Positions 63,755-64,000 of a stretch of DNA of 64,000 nucleotides are shown here, piece by piece; position 1 is the first letter of the stretch; every line of letters begins with the position of its first letter. The translations under genes were made by a program, and so were the position numbers. The notes under the pieces were generated by a model that searched no databases, was not told the DNA's origin, and saw nothing but the letters and a program-made list of their open reading frames with translations. The stretch lies in the NCBI GenBank assembly GCA_017616855.1, contig JAFZXI010000115.1:1412-65411 (forward strand). The letters run 5' to 3'. Source of the DNA: Clostridia bacterium. Its GTDB lineage: Bacteria > Bacillota > Clostridia > Oscillospirales > RGIG8002.

Positions 63755-64000
63755 ATGCCTAAAAATGAAACAGTCAAGAAGGAAGCGCCCGAGGCGGAGG
63801 TTTCCGTCAACGAGCGCAGGTTCGTTCCCATCTTCATCCCCGCGGAAAGCGATGAGGACGAGCTGCACAACAAATACTTCTCCGTAAACGGAAAGACCTA
63901 CGGCGTGCCCGTCGGCATCGAGGTTTCCGTTCCCGAGGAAGTCGCCGCCGCTTACGAGGAATCGAAGGCGGGAAAGAAAAACGCGCGCCAGGCGATACTC
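63755..64000 (+). CDS. hypothetical phage protein, N-terminal part (runs off the window)
   Basis: Own translation from ATG 63755 (AAAGGAG upstream): MPKNETVKKEAPEAEVSVNERRFVPIFIPAESDEDELHNKYFSVNGKTYGVPVGIEVSVPEEVAAAYEESKAGKKNARQAIL... Open to the window end. Confidence 0.6.
   Translation, partial: MPKNETVKKEAPEAEVSVNERRFVPIFIPAESDEDELHNKYFSVNGKTYGVPVGIEVSVPEEVAAAYEESKAGKKNARQAIL

Larger units (their letters stand above)
47191..64000 (+). mobile_element. prophage-like region (continues beyond the right edge), adjacent to tRNA-Arg(CCG)
   Basis: An uninterrupted plus-strand block: XhlA-like, tail-fibre-like, terS, terL, giant ORF, scaffold, major capsid, holin-like. No integrase or att duplicate is visible within the window. 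Confidence 0.8.

Overview
GC-rich chromosomal segment of a spore-forming, Clostridia-type Firmicute. This call rests on gene content: yunB, bofA, spoIIAA-spoIIAB-sigF and ypeB, plus valS-folC, pnp-rpsO, plsX, iorAB, nrdD, a five-tRNA operon and a lone tRNA-Arg. Three kinds of accessory content are interspersed. (1) Six secreted proteins end in near-identical two-segment dockerin modules, and one of them also has an N-terminal cohesin-like domain. None looks like a glycoside hydrolase. (2) A family of modular GC-rich intergenic repeats occurs at several sites: MITE-like units with GTCATYCYGAG termini, and hairpin+CTACG units. (3) A prophage-like block runs from about 47.2 kb to the window end, directly after tRNA-Arg(CCG). 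It encodes an XhlA-like protein, a tail-fibre-like protein, terS/terL, a 2716-aa giant ORF, scaffold, capsid and a holin-like protein. The most interesting observation concerns the class III ribonucleotide reductase. nrdD stops right after its Zn-ribbon, and the glycyl-radical motif (RRITGYL...FNN.K..E...RVKH) lies on a separate 52-codon ORF downstream. The prophage about 1 kb from nrdD carries its own diverged 52-codon copy of only that glycyl-radical module. Both ORFs are too short for the ORF track. Other notable points follow. The giant phage ORF sits where portal and minor-head genes are expected and contains an HExxH motif. Scaffold and capsid N-termini carry L27/Prp-like LQxFA motifs. 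Host-type intergenic repeats occur inside the prophage. A phased GATTTCA/hairpin array lies behind the tRNA operon. All homology calls come from reading the translations and recalling families; no searches were run.
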